Shown piece by piece: positions 8,725 to 18,360 of a stretch of DNA of 50,913 bases. This DNA is from Nitrospiraceae bacterium (GTDB lineage Bacteria; Nitrospirota; Nitrospiria; Nitrospirales; Nitrospiraceae). Positions within the stretch are counted from its first letter, which is position 1; each line of letters begins with the position of its first letter. The notes under the pieces were generated by a model. It saw only the letters and a program-made list of their open reading frames with translations. It searched no databases and was not told the origin of the DNA. The DNA is taken from the NCBI GenBank assembly GCA_035607135.1, contig DATNCR010000348.1, positions 1 to 50,913 of the forward strand, in the 5' to 3' direction. The position numbers and the translations under genes were made by a program.

Positions 8725-9963
8725 CTAAGCCTCCTTCTTCGACTTCTGCCATTGCCAGGACGACGGTATCACAACCGGTTCGGCGGGTCGCTGCGTCCTA
8801 TCCCATGTCGGCCTTGCCAGGCCGAACATGAATTTGAGCGACCCCATCGCGAGTGCGCAGTTCAACACAACAAAATACCGCGCCGCAACTGCCGCCTGGC
8901 CGATGAACGGAATTTCACGTAGTCGCCCTCCGGAGAGACCTAAGCCATAGACCGCTATCTGGATGACCAACATTCCCCAAGAAACCCAATGATCGAGTAG
9001 CCACAAGTTGCCGGCCATCGCTGCCAGCAGAATCCATGGTCCGAGCAACCGGAGCACCTTATGCGACCAGTACGCCAGCGACACGACTCCATGCTGGGGA
9101 AGCAATAGACGCCAGGTCACGCTCATCACATGCGCAATTCCAGCTCCGGTTCTGACTCGTCGATAAAATTCATCCGTCACACGCTGAGCCATGAGCTGAT
9201 AGGCACGTGCCGCAGCATAAAGGATCACGTCACCGCCCCTGTGCAACCGGATGAGCATCGGTTCTAGGAGGTCATCCGCCATCGTTTGAGGGGGCAGTGG
9301 CTGATAGTCCTTCCGTCTAATTGCATAGATCGCTCCACTCGCACCGAGTCCCGCTCCAAGCCGAGATTCACTCAGCTTTAAGAACATTTCATATCGCCAA
9401 TAGAGCCCATCCGCGCTGCCAGAAGTGCCCGGACTTTGAAGCTCCAGCTTACCTCCGATCACAGAGGCGGTGGGATACTGATGGAAGCCTGTCATCAACT
9501 GCTTGATCGAATCAGGATAGAACATGGTTGCCGCGTCAGTAAAAACAAGAAATTGCCCAGTGGCTTGCCCTACGAGGTCATTGAGGACGCTCGCCTTCCC
9601 CCTCCGGTCTGAGAAGGCCGCAAGCTGGACCTTGGCGGATAGATACCGTCCAACCTCGTCATTCGTCCTGTCGGTTGATCCATCCGAACCGACCAGAATC
9701 TGCAGTCGGGCATTCGGATAATCCTGTTCCAACAGATTCTGTATTCGACGCGAAATGACCGCTTCCTCGTTATGAGCGGAAATAATGACCGAGACGGACG
9801 GCCACCGTCTCGGCCGGCCTGACGGCATTTTCAAGGGCGCCCGCATTTTCCCGACAAACCACAATACACTCGGATAACCAATGTACGTGTACACGATCAA
9901 TCCAAGCGCCAACAGCGTCACGAGTGCGGGCACCGTATGGAGTTCGGAGAAGATTGAAAGCAT
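8725..9963 (-). CDS. Membrane-bound family-2 glycosyltransferase (last gene of the EPS operon)
   Basis: N-terminal TM segment, then SVIISAHNEEAVISRRIQNLLEQDYP...VGSDGSTDRT...VFTDAAT (GT-A fold with a DxD-like motif) and C-terminal TM helices. Confidence 0.85.
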   Translation of the reverse strand: MLSIFSELHTVPALVTLLALGLIVYTYIGYPSVLWFVGKMRAPLKMPSGRPRRWPSVSVIISAHNEEAVISRRIQNLLEQDYPNARLQILVGSDGSTDRTNDEVGRYLSAKVQLAAFSDRRGKASVLNDLVGQATGQFLVFTDAATMFYPDSIKQLMTGFHQYPTASVIGGKLELQSPGTSGSADGLYWRYEMFLKLSESRLGAGLGASGAIYAIRRKDYQPLPPQTMADDLLEPMLIRLHRGGDVILYAAARAYQLMAQRVTDEFYRRVRTGAGIAHVMSVTWRLLLPQHGVVSLAYWSHKVLRLLGPWILLAAMAGNLWLLDHWVSWGMLVIQIAVYGLGLSGGRLREIPFIGQAAVAARYFVVLNCALAMGSLKFMFGLARPTWDRTQRPAEPVVIPSSWQWQKSKKEA

Positions 9964-10030
9964 GATTATTGGGAGGCGTGCGGCGGAACGGGCGCGGTGA
10001 AGCCACTACGAGACGATCAGGCCGGATCAA

Positions 10031-10888
10031 TCACGACTTCTGTATTTCAAACACACGAATAGCGGCATAGTACTCAAGCATAGGAAAGCGGGCGAGCATC
10101 GCGCGATCCCAACGGCGGATCGGCAACAATCTGTTTCGGAGAAACGGTAGATGACCTGATGCCCTCAAAAACGGCAACTCGAAGCTCCTCGATCGTCCGA
10201 GGGTAAACTCCTTGCAGAACACCCCGATTTCCGTGAGGGTTAACGGCCGTTCGTACGGCGACACATTCGCGGGAAGATGGAATGGAAGCAATTTCCGCAA
10301 AGCCCGCAAGGTTGGTGAACTACGCACTGGCTCGCTAAAGATCGCCCTTCCTCCGACGCGAAGTACTCGATACACTTCCCGGGCCGCCTGATCCAAGTCG
10401 AGATGGTGCAGAATCATCATGCCGAACACCACATCTACGGATTCATCGGGGCAGGGCACTTCATAGGCGGAGGCCACGCTGAGGCGTACACCGTTCGTCA
10501 CCCCGTTGATGTCCATCCGCTGTTGGTTGATGGCGATAAGCTCGGGTGAGATATCAAGGGCATGGACATGCGCGCCTCGTTTGCTGAGCAGGATCGTATT
10601 TTCGCCCCAGCCACAGCCATACTCCAGCACTTCTAGATTTCTGACATTACCTAGTAGATGAAATGCATACTCCAGGTGAAACAGTGTATCCGGTGGCGGA
10701 TTCACATATCTCGCCAGGTTGTCTTCGGTCGCACGTAAGGACGCTCGATCGGCTTGTTGGGCTTCTGCGGCGCTACGCCGTATCTCCGCCAATTCCCAGT
10801 CTCGTAAACCGTCCTGATCCCCGGAACGAGGGAGATGCTCAGCCCTCGCAGTGTCTCGCATGGCCGTGGATGAGAAACTTTCCTGCAT
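10031..10888 (-). CDS. Class I SAM-dependent methyltransferase
   Basis: VLEYGCGWGENT is the motif I glycine-rich loop, followed by DVVFGMMILHHL. AGGAGG lies 6 nt before the ATG at 10888. The ORF-track start at 10993 would overlap the upstream gene by 86 nt. Confidence 0.8.
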   Translation of the reverse strand: MQESFSSTAMRDTARAEHLPRSGDQDGLRDWELAEIRRSAAEAQQADRASLRATEDNLARYVNPPPDTLFHLEYAFHLLGNVRNLEVLEYGCGWGENTILLSKRGAHVHALDISPELIAINQQRMDINGVTNGVRLSVASAYEVPCPDESVDVVFGMMILHHLDLDQAAREVYRVLRVGGRAIFSEPVRSSPTLRALRKLLPFHLPANVSPYERPLTLTEIGVFCKEFTLGRSRSFELPFLRASGHLPFLRNRLLPIRRWDRAMLARFPMLEYYAAIRVFEIQKS

Positions 10889-10907
10889 ACGTCGCCTCCT
10901 GTTTCTT

Positions 10908-12590
10908 TCAGTCGCGCATGCCAATTGTTCGCCGCTTGTCGAGGGGTTCCTGTGGAGGCTGCCAGACACAGATGTTCTCCTGGCGAGCCGCAATCCCTAT
11001 CGCAGCACAGAGAGTCTTGACATCAACACCAGGGATTTCTTGAGAAGCTGCGCCGGATGGGATCAATTTGTAATCTCCACTCGACCAGTTCACGAATGGG
11101 ACGGTCTGCACCGATTCGGGGAAGAAATTGCCGTTCGGATAGCGCTGCGGATCCCCACCGATGATGACATTATGTGTCACCACCGCACCTGGAAAATGCC
11201 GTTCTAACGTTCCGATTCCAACACCGGTGCCGGCTCCTTCCATGCCGTATTCGTTGTGCGGCGTAATGTTGAACCTATAGACAAATCCTTCATGCGGGTC
11301 TCCCTCTGCCATAAGAATATGCCCGGTTTGGAAGGCGGTGTTGTGTGCGATCACGACATCCTTCGTGCCCCGCAACAGCTGAAACAACCGCCCTTTCCCT
11401 CCCCACCGAGGTCCATTGATATCGTCGAAGAGATTGTTCTGAATCAGTATCCGCTTGGCTTGTCCGCTGGGCGGATGGCGGTCATCGAATCCCATGATGT
11501 TGATCCCGTTTGGACTGTGACGAACGATGTTATTCGTGAAGGTGACATCTTCGATCACGGCCCATGGCGATCCTCCCTCCTCGTTCCGCACGGTAAACGT
11601 GATGCCATATCCATATCCGGGAAGCGGATGCTGCCAGTTATGTTCGAAAAGATTTCCATCCACTACCACACGGCGCGCGTTCTTCAACTCTAATAAAATC
11701 TTTACCTGCCAGTTGCTGCCGTCATGCTCCGGCTCGCCTGGTTTCCAGGACAGCGGTTTGCTAATATGATTCCCTCGGATTTCGATATCGGATGGTACGA
11801 GATCGCGAATCTTCGGATCTCCCCCGCCAAAGAGGAGATTTTCTCCGGCTCCCTGCAGGAAGTTATTGACCACTTTGAACGGCCCGCTCCCGCCCCATCC
11901 GGCTATCGCCTGTGAATCCTGGCCCACTTCTTTAAAGTCTGAAAAATACGAATCAATGACAGCGAGGGACCGACCATTCATCGCGAGCCCACGGCGCGAG
12001 CCTTTCAGCGGATCGCCATGTACGAAACAGCGATCGAGAATGATATGGTGCGGCAACTCTTCAATGGATTGATCCATATTGTTGCCAAGCATGACGAGGT
12101 CCCGAAGAAATGTATCCTCCGCCGGTCTGACTTCAATCCCGATGAAGCGGAAGTGATGCGCACCCTTGTGCGCAATAATGACACCGTATCGATCGGACAC
12201 GAGCTTGGGCATTTTGGCGGCATGTAATGGATTCACGCGTGATCCCGGCGAGGGAAAGTCACGGCCAACAGCGCTGGATCGGACGGTGATCCACCCTGCT
12301 CCCTGTTTCTTATTGGGTAGAGTGAACGGACCTCTGTATATGGCGCCAGCCTCCAACACAATCTCATCGCCAAGTTGTGCCTGATCGAGCGTATCCTGAA
12401 CATCACCACCCGGGGGGACAGACCAAGTACGACCCGTCGAATGGACGAGCGCGACATCCACGAATTCCTTGGGCAATTTCGGGAGAGTATCCACAACCGG
12501 CCTCTCGTTCTGCATTGCCGCCAATACCCACGATGAACCGATGGGCAGCCATAGTAACACCCCCGCCACAATGACCGAAGACAGTCTCAT
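10908..12590 (-). CDS. Secreted right-handed beta-helix protein (putative EPS glycanase or lyase)
   Basis: Signal peptide MRLSSVIVAGVLLWLPIGSSWVLA. LQ-x-A-x-LGDEIVLEAGAIYRGPF is the usual N-terminal cap of beta-helix lyases and hydrolases. Repeated N-N/H-N turns occur (VVNNFLQGAGENLLFGG, TFTNNIVRHS, LIQNNLFDD, VIAHNTAF). The ATG at 12590 overlaps the upstream stop (ATGA) and is preceded by GGAGG. Confidence 0.7.
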   Translation of the reverse strand: MRLSSVIVAGVLLWLPIGSSWVLAAMQNERPVVDTLPKLPKEFVDVALVHSTGRTWSVPPGGDVQDTLDQAQLGDEIVLEAGAIYRGPFTLPNKKQGAGWITVRSSAVGRDFPSPGSRVNPLHAAKMPKLVSDRYGVIIAHKGAHHFRFIGIEVRPAEDTFLRDLVMLGNNMDQSIEELPHHIILDRCFVHGDPLKGSRRGLAMNGRSLAVIDSYFSDFKEVGQDSQAIAGWGGSGPFKVVNNFLQGAGENLLFGGGDPKIRDLVPSDIEIRGNHISKPLSWKPGEPEHDGSNWQVKILLELKNARRVVVDGNLFEHNWQHPLPGYGYGITFTVRNEEGGSPWAVIEDVTFTNNIVRHSPNGINIMGFDDRHPPSGQAKRILIQNNLFDDINGPRWGGKGRLFQLLRGTKDVVIAHNTAFQTGHILMAEGDPHEGFVYRFNITPHNEYGMEGAGTGVGIGTLERHFPGAVVTHNVIIGGDPQRYPNGNFFPESVQTVPFVNWSSGDYKLIPSGAASQEIPGVDVKTLCAAIGIAARQENICVWQPPQEPLDKRRTIGMRD

Positions 12591-13744
12591 GGGACCTCCG
12601 CAAGCCGCGATTGAATAACGTCGCACATCTCCGATACTCGTGATTCCCAACTTTCGCTTCTCATCGCCTCCACACGTCGGCGATCGTTCTCAGGCGATCG
12701 TTCCTTCAGCGCCAAGGCAATGGCCTCTAAAAATCCTGGCTCATTGACCGCTATGTGCACGAGGCCGTTGTATCGTACGACCTCCGGCAACGGCGTCGAT
12801 ACCACTGGCAGGCCGGCTGCGAGATATTCGCGCAACTTAAGCGGATTGACCCGCAACGTGAGTTCGTTCATGCGAAACGGGATCAAGCCGACATCGAATG
12901 CTCGGCAATAGGCAGGAAGCGACGAGTACGGTTGCTGCCCTAAGAGATGCACATTCGAGAGGCCCGCCAGCATGGACAGATCCGTCTGTACTTTCCCCAC
13001 CAGGGCGAACGACCAGTGCGGACGCGCTCGCGCCAGCGCTCCGATCATGTCCAGGTCCACCCAATCGGCCAGCAGGCCAAAAAAACCAATCACAGGTCTG
13101 GGCAAGCGCACGATCTCCTCCGGTATCCTGGTCGCCGGGTCCAGCGCACGGCTGAAATGCGCGACATCGACTCCATGAGGAATGAAGTAGGTCCTTGGAT
13201 TGACCTGCCGCCGTTCTATGCAGAGTTTTTCAGCCGATGTAAATACCGCATCGGCGCGTCGGATGAGATCCTGCTCCATCCTGACAATGACGTCCTTCGG
13301 CACGCCGCTGAACTCTGAGTATTCATCGACACAATGGTAGATCACCATCCGTTCGTTCAGCCGACCCAGCAGCCAATTGACGTTCGGCAAAAAGGACCAG
13401 AGCAGTGGCCGATGAAGGTCAAGCCGACGGCACAACTGGCGCAGCCAAGCCGCCAAGATCAGGCGGTTCAGGTGTTCAGCCGCCGCAACGCCTGGAAGAG
13501 GCAAGACCGGAGGATCCATGACGAAGATATTCGGTTCCACTTGTTGACAACCTGCGGCAATGCGCCGTAGCTTGACGACCAATCGCCGAAGATCGCTCGC
13601 GCCGACCGTTGGACGCCGCATGCCGATCGAGTTCACCCACAGCACGCGATTCTGTTTGGACAGAATTCGCATGATATGTTTTTTGCTCGTGGGATCGCCC
13701 TGCCAATCCTGAGAGATACAAATAATTGATCTGCCTTCGATCAT
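12587..13744 (-). CDS. Family-1 (GT-B, GT4-like) glycosyltransferase
   Basis: SIICISQDWQGDPTSKKH is an N-terminal motif common in this GT clade. The C-terminal FDVGLIPF...NPLKLREYLAAGLPVVST is a GT-B nucleotide-sugar binding motif. AAGGAG lies 6 nt before the ATG at 13744. Starts at 13747 and 13777 are alternatives. Confidence 0.8.
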   Translation of the reverse strand: MIEGRSIICISQDWQGDPTSKKHIMRILSKQNRVLWVNSIGMRRPTVGASDLRRLVVKLRRIAAGCQQVEPNIFVMDPPVLPLPGVAAAEHLNRLILAAWLRQLCRRLDLHRPLLWSFLPNVNWLLGRLNERMVIYHCVDEYSEFSGVPKDVIVRMEQDLIRRADAVFTSAEKLCIERRQVNPRTYFIPHGVDVAHFSRALDPATRIPEEIVRLPRPVIGFFGLLADWVDLDMIGALARARPHWSFALVGKVQTDLSMLAGLSNVHLLGQQPYSSLPAYCRAFDVGLIPFRMNELTLRVNPLKLREYLAAGLPVVSTPLPEVVRYNGLVHIAVNEPGFLEAIALALKERSPENDRRRVEAMRSESWESRVSEMCDVIQSRLAEVP

Positions 13745-14114
13745 CATCCGCTCCTTGCTATGCCCATGTGCGAACATCCCTCACACGACAATGATCTGTC
13801 GAGCTCAAGGGAATGCCTGCTTCATATGCGCGGTGCTCGTCGCGGTCTCGTCGGAAACCGTCCGGAGACATGCCAATTCTGTTCGGTCAAATTCTAGGCG
13901 TTGGATTTTGAATTGGAAGATCGCGGGTTCGAGCGTCAAATACGCTTCGGATCGAAGACTGTCAACCTGATCACGTCATGCAAACTCGCAAGAGACCATC
14001 GGAGCCGCAAACGTTTCCATGGCCGACGCATAGGCGCCGGTGACGGTCGGCAGACAACTCGTGTCATTCCCAGAAGAAGCCTGCCGACGATCAACGCCGC
14101 AGCGGCCATTGCTC

Positions 14115-16055
14115 TCATGATCTCCACGCTGCCACTTCCGGCATTGAACCATACGAATCAGCGCCCGGATCCTCGCCATCGAGAAACACCCGGTGCCACA
14201 ACTCCAAATTCATGAGCAACCACAATCGATCGGTATGGACACGATGGCCGCTTCGGTGCTCCTCCACCAGCCGCTCGATGGCGACCTGATTAAAGAGGCC
14301 TCGGGCAAGGGCACGCGGTCCAAGTATGAGATCCTTCACCGTCGGCCAATAGGGGCCCTGTAGCCACCGGCCCAACGGAACTGGAAACCCCATCTTGGGT
14401 CTCTTCAATATCTCCTGCGGAATGAGATGGCGAACTGCGTTCCGCAAGACCGCTTTGGTTTCCCACCCATGCAGGCGGAATTGACCAGGCATCGCTCCGA
14501 CCATGTCGACCAGTTCATGGTCCAGGTAAGGTACGCGGCTCTCGATTGAGGCCGCCATGCTCATCTGATCTTGTTTCATGAGCAACTCCACTAGATGCGT
14601 TTGCAAATCCACATAACTCATGCGTTCGAGGAAACCCTCCCGATGTTCATCCCAGTATCGAAGTCCATGGGCGTGGGGATCGCGGGACGTGAGGGCCCCT
14701 CTCTCCTTGATCACCTCTCGTCGCAACGCTGCGGGAAATACGGAAAAATTATCGAAAAATACTCCTCGCGGACCGGGCGGATAGGCCAGAAACGAGCGCT
14801 CGGCATAGCGGCGGATTCCCCTCGGAAGAACTCCCAGCATCCGCGCCACCCCACCACGTATGGTTTCCGGGGTCGCGGCCCAATACAGACGACCCAACCG
14901 CTCGTTCAGTTCCGTGACACGATAGCGATAGTCGTAGCCGAGAAAGAGTTCGTCGGCTCCTTCACCAGTAAGGACGACTTTGACATGCTGCTGCGCCAGT
15001 CTTGACACAAAGTAAAGCGGCACGCTGGAGTTGAAGGCGATCGGTTCATCTTCGTGCCAGACCAGGCGAGGGAGCGCCTGAAAGAATTGCTGTGGCGAGA
15101 CGAGGACCTCATGATACTCCGCTCCCACCGATCGGGCGGCAAGCTGCGCATAGGGCAATTCATTGGCTTCGGTTTCAGAAAATCCAACTGAGAAGGCATG
15201 TACAGGACTCTGCGAAGCCGATGTCATCAATGCGGCAAGCGCCGTGGAGTCCAATCCACCTGAAAGGAACAGCCCTACGGGGACATCACTCATCAGATGG
15301 CTGCTCACCGCAGATTCCAGTTTGGCACGGACTTCACAGCCTCGCTCTTCGATGTCGGCGGAGGAGCGATCGTTCCGCACAGGGGGACACCAATACCGCC
15401 GCTCGCGAAAGCCTTCGGTGGTGGACCAGGATAGTGTATGGCCGGGAAGCAGCTTGCGCACACGCCGAAAGAACGTTTCTTCGCCTGCGACGAATCGGGA
15501 GGCTAAAAACTCGGGCAGAATCTCTTCGTTGAATTCCGGCCGAAACGCTTCCGCAGCCAGGATCCCCTTAATCTCCGAAGCGAATAGCAGCTCATGGTCC
15601 GTACAGGCATAATAGAGCGGCTTGATGCCCAGGCGATCGCGCGCCAGCAGCAGCCGGCTTTGCCCACGGTCCCAGAGTGCAAATGCAAACATCCCATGCA
15701 ACCGTTCGACGCACCGGTCTCCCTCTTCCTCGTATAGGTGCAAAATTGTTTCAGTATCACTACGAGTCTGGTAGCGATGTCCTTTCGCTTCCAGTTTCGG
15801 ACGCAGCTCTGAGTGATTATAAATTTCTCCGTTGAACACGATCCAGACCGACTCGTCCTCATTGGCCATGGGCTGATGTCCCCCCTTGACGTCCACGATC
15901 GCCAAACGGCGATGCGCGAATCCAACCGGCCCATCTGACCAAAGACCGGCCCCATCGGGGCCACGATGACGCTGCACATCGCGCATGCGGATCAGGCGGT
16001 TCTCCTCGACCCGATCACGCATAGAGAAATTCACGATGCCTGCAATTCCACACAT
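14115..16055 (-). CDS. asnB: Asparagine synthase (glutamine-hydrolysing) family amidotransferase, EPS-locus type
   Basis: N-terminal MCGIAGI is the Ntn catalytic Cys. LSGGLDSTALAAL is a PP-loop. The ORF is 646 aa. Confidence 0.9.
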   Translation of the reverse strand: MCGIAGIVNFSMRDRVEENRLIRMRDVQRHRGPDGAGLWSDGPVGFAHRRLAIVDVKGGHQPMANEDESVWIVFNGEIYNHSELRPKLEAKGHRYQTRSDTETILHLYEEEGDRCVERLHGMFAFALWDRGQSRLLLARDRLGIKPLYYACTDHELLFASEIKGILAAEAFRPEFNEEILPEFLASRFVAGEETFFRRVRKLLPGHTLSWSTTEGFRERRYWCPPVRNDRSSADIEERGCEVRAKLESAVSSHLMSDVPVGLFLSGGLDSTALAALMTSASQSPVHAFSVGFSETEANELPYAQLAARSVGAEYHEVLVSPQQFFQALPRLVWHEDEPIAFNSSVPLYFVSRLAQQHVKVVLTGEGADELFLGYDYRYRVTELNERLGRLYWAATPETIRGGVARMLGVLPRGIRRYAERSFLAYPPGPRGVFFDNFSVFPAALRREVIKERGALTSRDPHAHGLRYWDEHREGFLERMSYVDLQTHLVELLMKQDQMSMAASIESRVPYLDHELVDMVGAMPGQFRLHGWETKAVLRNAVRHLIPQEILKRPKMGFPVPLGRWLQGPYWPTVKDLILGPRALARGLFNQVAIERLVEEHRSGHRVHTDRLWLLMNLELWHRVFLDGEDPGADSYGSMPEVAAWRS

Positions 16056-16065
16056 ACTGTGAATC

Positions 16066-16096
16066 CTCCTGCACGACGATCGTCTGGTCTCCGATC
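16066..16096. repeat. Two exact 10-bp direct repeats ACGATCGTCT spaced 21 bp apart, just upstream of the asnB-like start
   Basis: The copies are at 16066-16075 and 16087-16096, read directly from the sequence. They contain the palindromic core CGATCG. Confidence 0.6.
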
Positions 16097-16253
16097 ACGA
16101 TCGTCTCGTCTCGGTCATGATGCAGCATGAATCCGGGATGACGGAGCTTCGATCAGGCACCGGATACAGCAAAGTTACGATTCGAAGCGGGAAAGGGGCG
16201 GAAACCGAATAGCGCACCACGGGAACGCCAATCGGTGCACAAAGCCAGCTAGG

Positions 16254-18185
16254 TTAGACCCTCTGCGGTACGCTGCGGCGAGTGGTCGATGCAGGCCTAA
16301 AGGATTGCGTTGGTCTAGCACGGACAGAACCATCCAAGAATGTCCGGCACCACAATTCGAAGGAAATGAGCGTCCACACCTGGAAATCTAGGGGACGTCC
16401 TTGCTCGTGATTTCGGACCAATGCTTCAATTGCGTGCCTATCGAAAATTCCGCGCCGTCGACAGGTTTCCGACAGAATGGTGTCTCGTACGAGCGGACCC
16501 AGCTGCTTGCGCAGCCACGATCCGATTGGAGGTGCAAATCCTTGCTTAGGGCGATCCAATATAGGATCGGGAAGTAAGCCTCTCAGGGCCTGTACGAAGA
16601 TATGTTTGGTCCGTCCGTTCTTCAGTTTCATCCCGACAGGAATCCTTGCGGCAAATTCCACGAAGGTGTGATCGAGCAAGGGTACTCGGGCTTCCAGACT
16701 ATGCGCCATACTCATGCGATCCACCTTGGTCAGGATGTCAAGGGGAAGATAGTGGTCCAGATCCATTGATTGAAGTTCAGACAGCCAGTGTCCAGTTCCA
16801 TTCTTCTTCAAACGCTCAATCCTCGATTGCTCCGTGGAGCAATTCACCAGATGGGCCATGGCTTCTCTCGTCATCACACGATACCGGTCGCTTCGCTTAA
16901 AGAGGGTGACGGCATCGAGATAGCGCTCCGGACCAGGTAAAGAAAAATGATGCAACCAGTTCTTTCCCCTCATGCCGACCGGCATCGCACTGGAAAGGCA
17001 TCCCAGCGTATCTCTTGCGACGGCGGGTAGAAACCTGGCCCAGCGTTCCCGGCTCTCGACGACATACTCGGTGTATCCGGCAAATAGTTCGTCACCACCG
17101 TCCCCAGACAGCACCACCTTGACGTGTTGCGCCGCCATCTTTGAGACCATATACGTGGGGATCGCAGAGGAATCTCCGAACGGCTCGTCAAGATCCCAGG
17201 CGAGATCGGTCAGCACTTCCATCACATCCGGCTCCAGGATTAATTCGTGATGATCGGTGCCCAATCGATCTGCCACCATCCGTGCAAAGGGGAGTTCGTT
17301 AAAACCTTCGTCGCGGAACCCGATGGAAAATGTTTTGACGCAGCCGGTTCCAACTGCCGACATCGCTGCGACTACAGCGCTCGAATCCGTGCCGCCACTG
17401 AGAAACGCTCCCACCGGCACATCACTCACCATATGCAACTTGACAGATTCCAGAAGATGCGCCCGTAACTCCTCGGCCACATCCTCTTCGGACCGGCCGA
17501 TCTGTGGCTCGAACCTTACGTTCCAATAGCGCTCGATCTTCGGTTCGCTCCCGAGTGAGAGAGAGAGCCGATGTCCCGGTTCCAGTTTCTTTACGCCCTC
17601 GACAATGCTGTCCTGCTCCGGGGTTGTCTTGTACGCCAGCAAATGGTCGAGCGCACTCCAGTTGAGTGTCCGGTCTACATCGGGGATCTGCAAGATCGCT
17701 TTCAGCTCCGATCCGAAGAGCAGGCGACCCTGGACTATGGCGTAATACAAGGGTTTGATGCCCAATCTGTCCCGTACAAGCAGCAGACGTCTCCGACGGA
17801 CATCCCAGAGGGCGAACGCAAACATCCCCCGTAAGCGCTCCACGCAATGGTCTCCCAGCTCTTCGTACAAATGGACGATCACTTCCGTGTCCGTCACAGT
17901 GGAGAACTCATGGCCACGCTTGATCAGCTCGCTGCGAAGGTCCCGGTAATTATATATTTCTCCGTTCAAGACTACCCAGACGCTGCGATCTTCGTTGCAT
18001 ACCGGTTGGTGCCCCGTGTGCAAATCGATGATGCTTAACCGCCGCATTGCCAGACCGATCTCTTGCGTGAGATAGATCCCTTCATCATCGGGACCCCGCG
18101 CGATCATCGCGGCACACATCGCACGCAACTCTTCTTCCATCACCGGAGGTCCAGTCACGCTCATAATTCCGGCTATGCCGCACAT
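16254..18185 (-). CDS. asnB: Asparagine synthase (glutamine-hydrolysing) family amidotransferase, second paralog
   Basis: MCGIAGI N-terminus, LSGGTDSSAVVAAM PP-loop, 643 aa. It is clearly divergent from the 14115-16055 copy. Confidence 0.9.
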   Translation of the reverse strand: MCGIAGIMSVTGPPVMEEELRAMCAAMIARGPDDEGIYLTQEIGLAMRRLSIIDLHTGHQPVCNEDRSVWVVLNGEIYNYRDLRSELIKRGHEFSTVTDTEVIVHLYEELGDHCVERLRGMFAFALWDVRRRRLLLVRDRLGIKPLYYAIVQGRLLFGSELKAILQIPDVDRTLNWSALDHLLAYKTTPEQDSIVEGVKKLEPGHRLSLSLGSEPKIERYWNVRFEPQIGRSEEDVAEELRAHLLESVKLHMVSDVPVGAFLSGGTDSSAVVAAMSAVGTGCVKTFSIGFRDEGFNELPFARMVADRLGTDHHELILEPDVMEVLTDLAWDLDEPFGDSSAIPTYMVSKMAAQHVKVVLSGDGGDELFAGYTEYVVESRERWARFLPAVARDTLGCLSSAMPVGMRGKNWLHHFSLPGPERYLDAVTLFKRSDRYRVMTREAMAHLVNCSTEQSRIERLKKNGTGHWLSELQSMDLDHYLPLDILTKVDRMSMAHSLEARVPLLDHTFVEFAARIPVGMKLKNGRTKHIFVQALRGLLPDPILDRPKQGFAPPIGSWLRKQLGPLVRDTILSETCRRRGIFDRHAIEALVRNHEQGRPLDFQVWTLISFELWCRTFLDGSVRARPTQSFRPASTTRRSVPQRV

Positions 18186-18360
18186 AGGTTATGGTTCCTT
18201 ATAGAGTGAGTGAAGTCGATTCGGATTGGCACACCGGGAATATGGGAAGTCAGAAGATCAACATGACTGGCGTTCTCACCTGTATAACCCAGCGCCTCAG
18301 GGATCTGATGGCAAGCATGCGGCACGGACAGATGCGAATACGGTCAGACTCACGTGTCTG

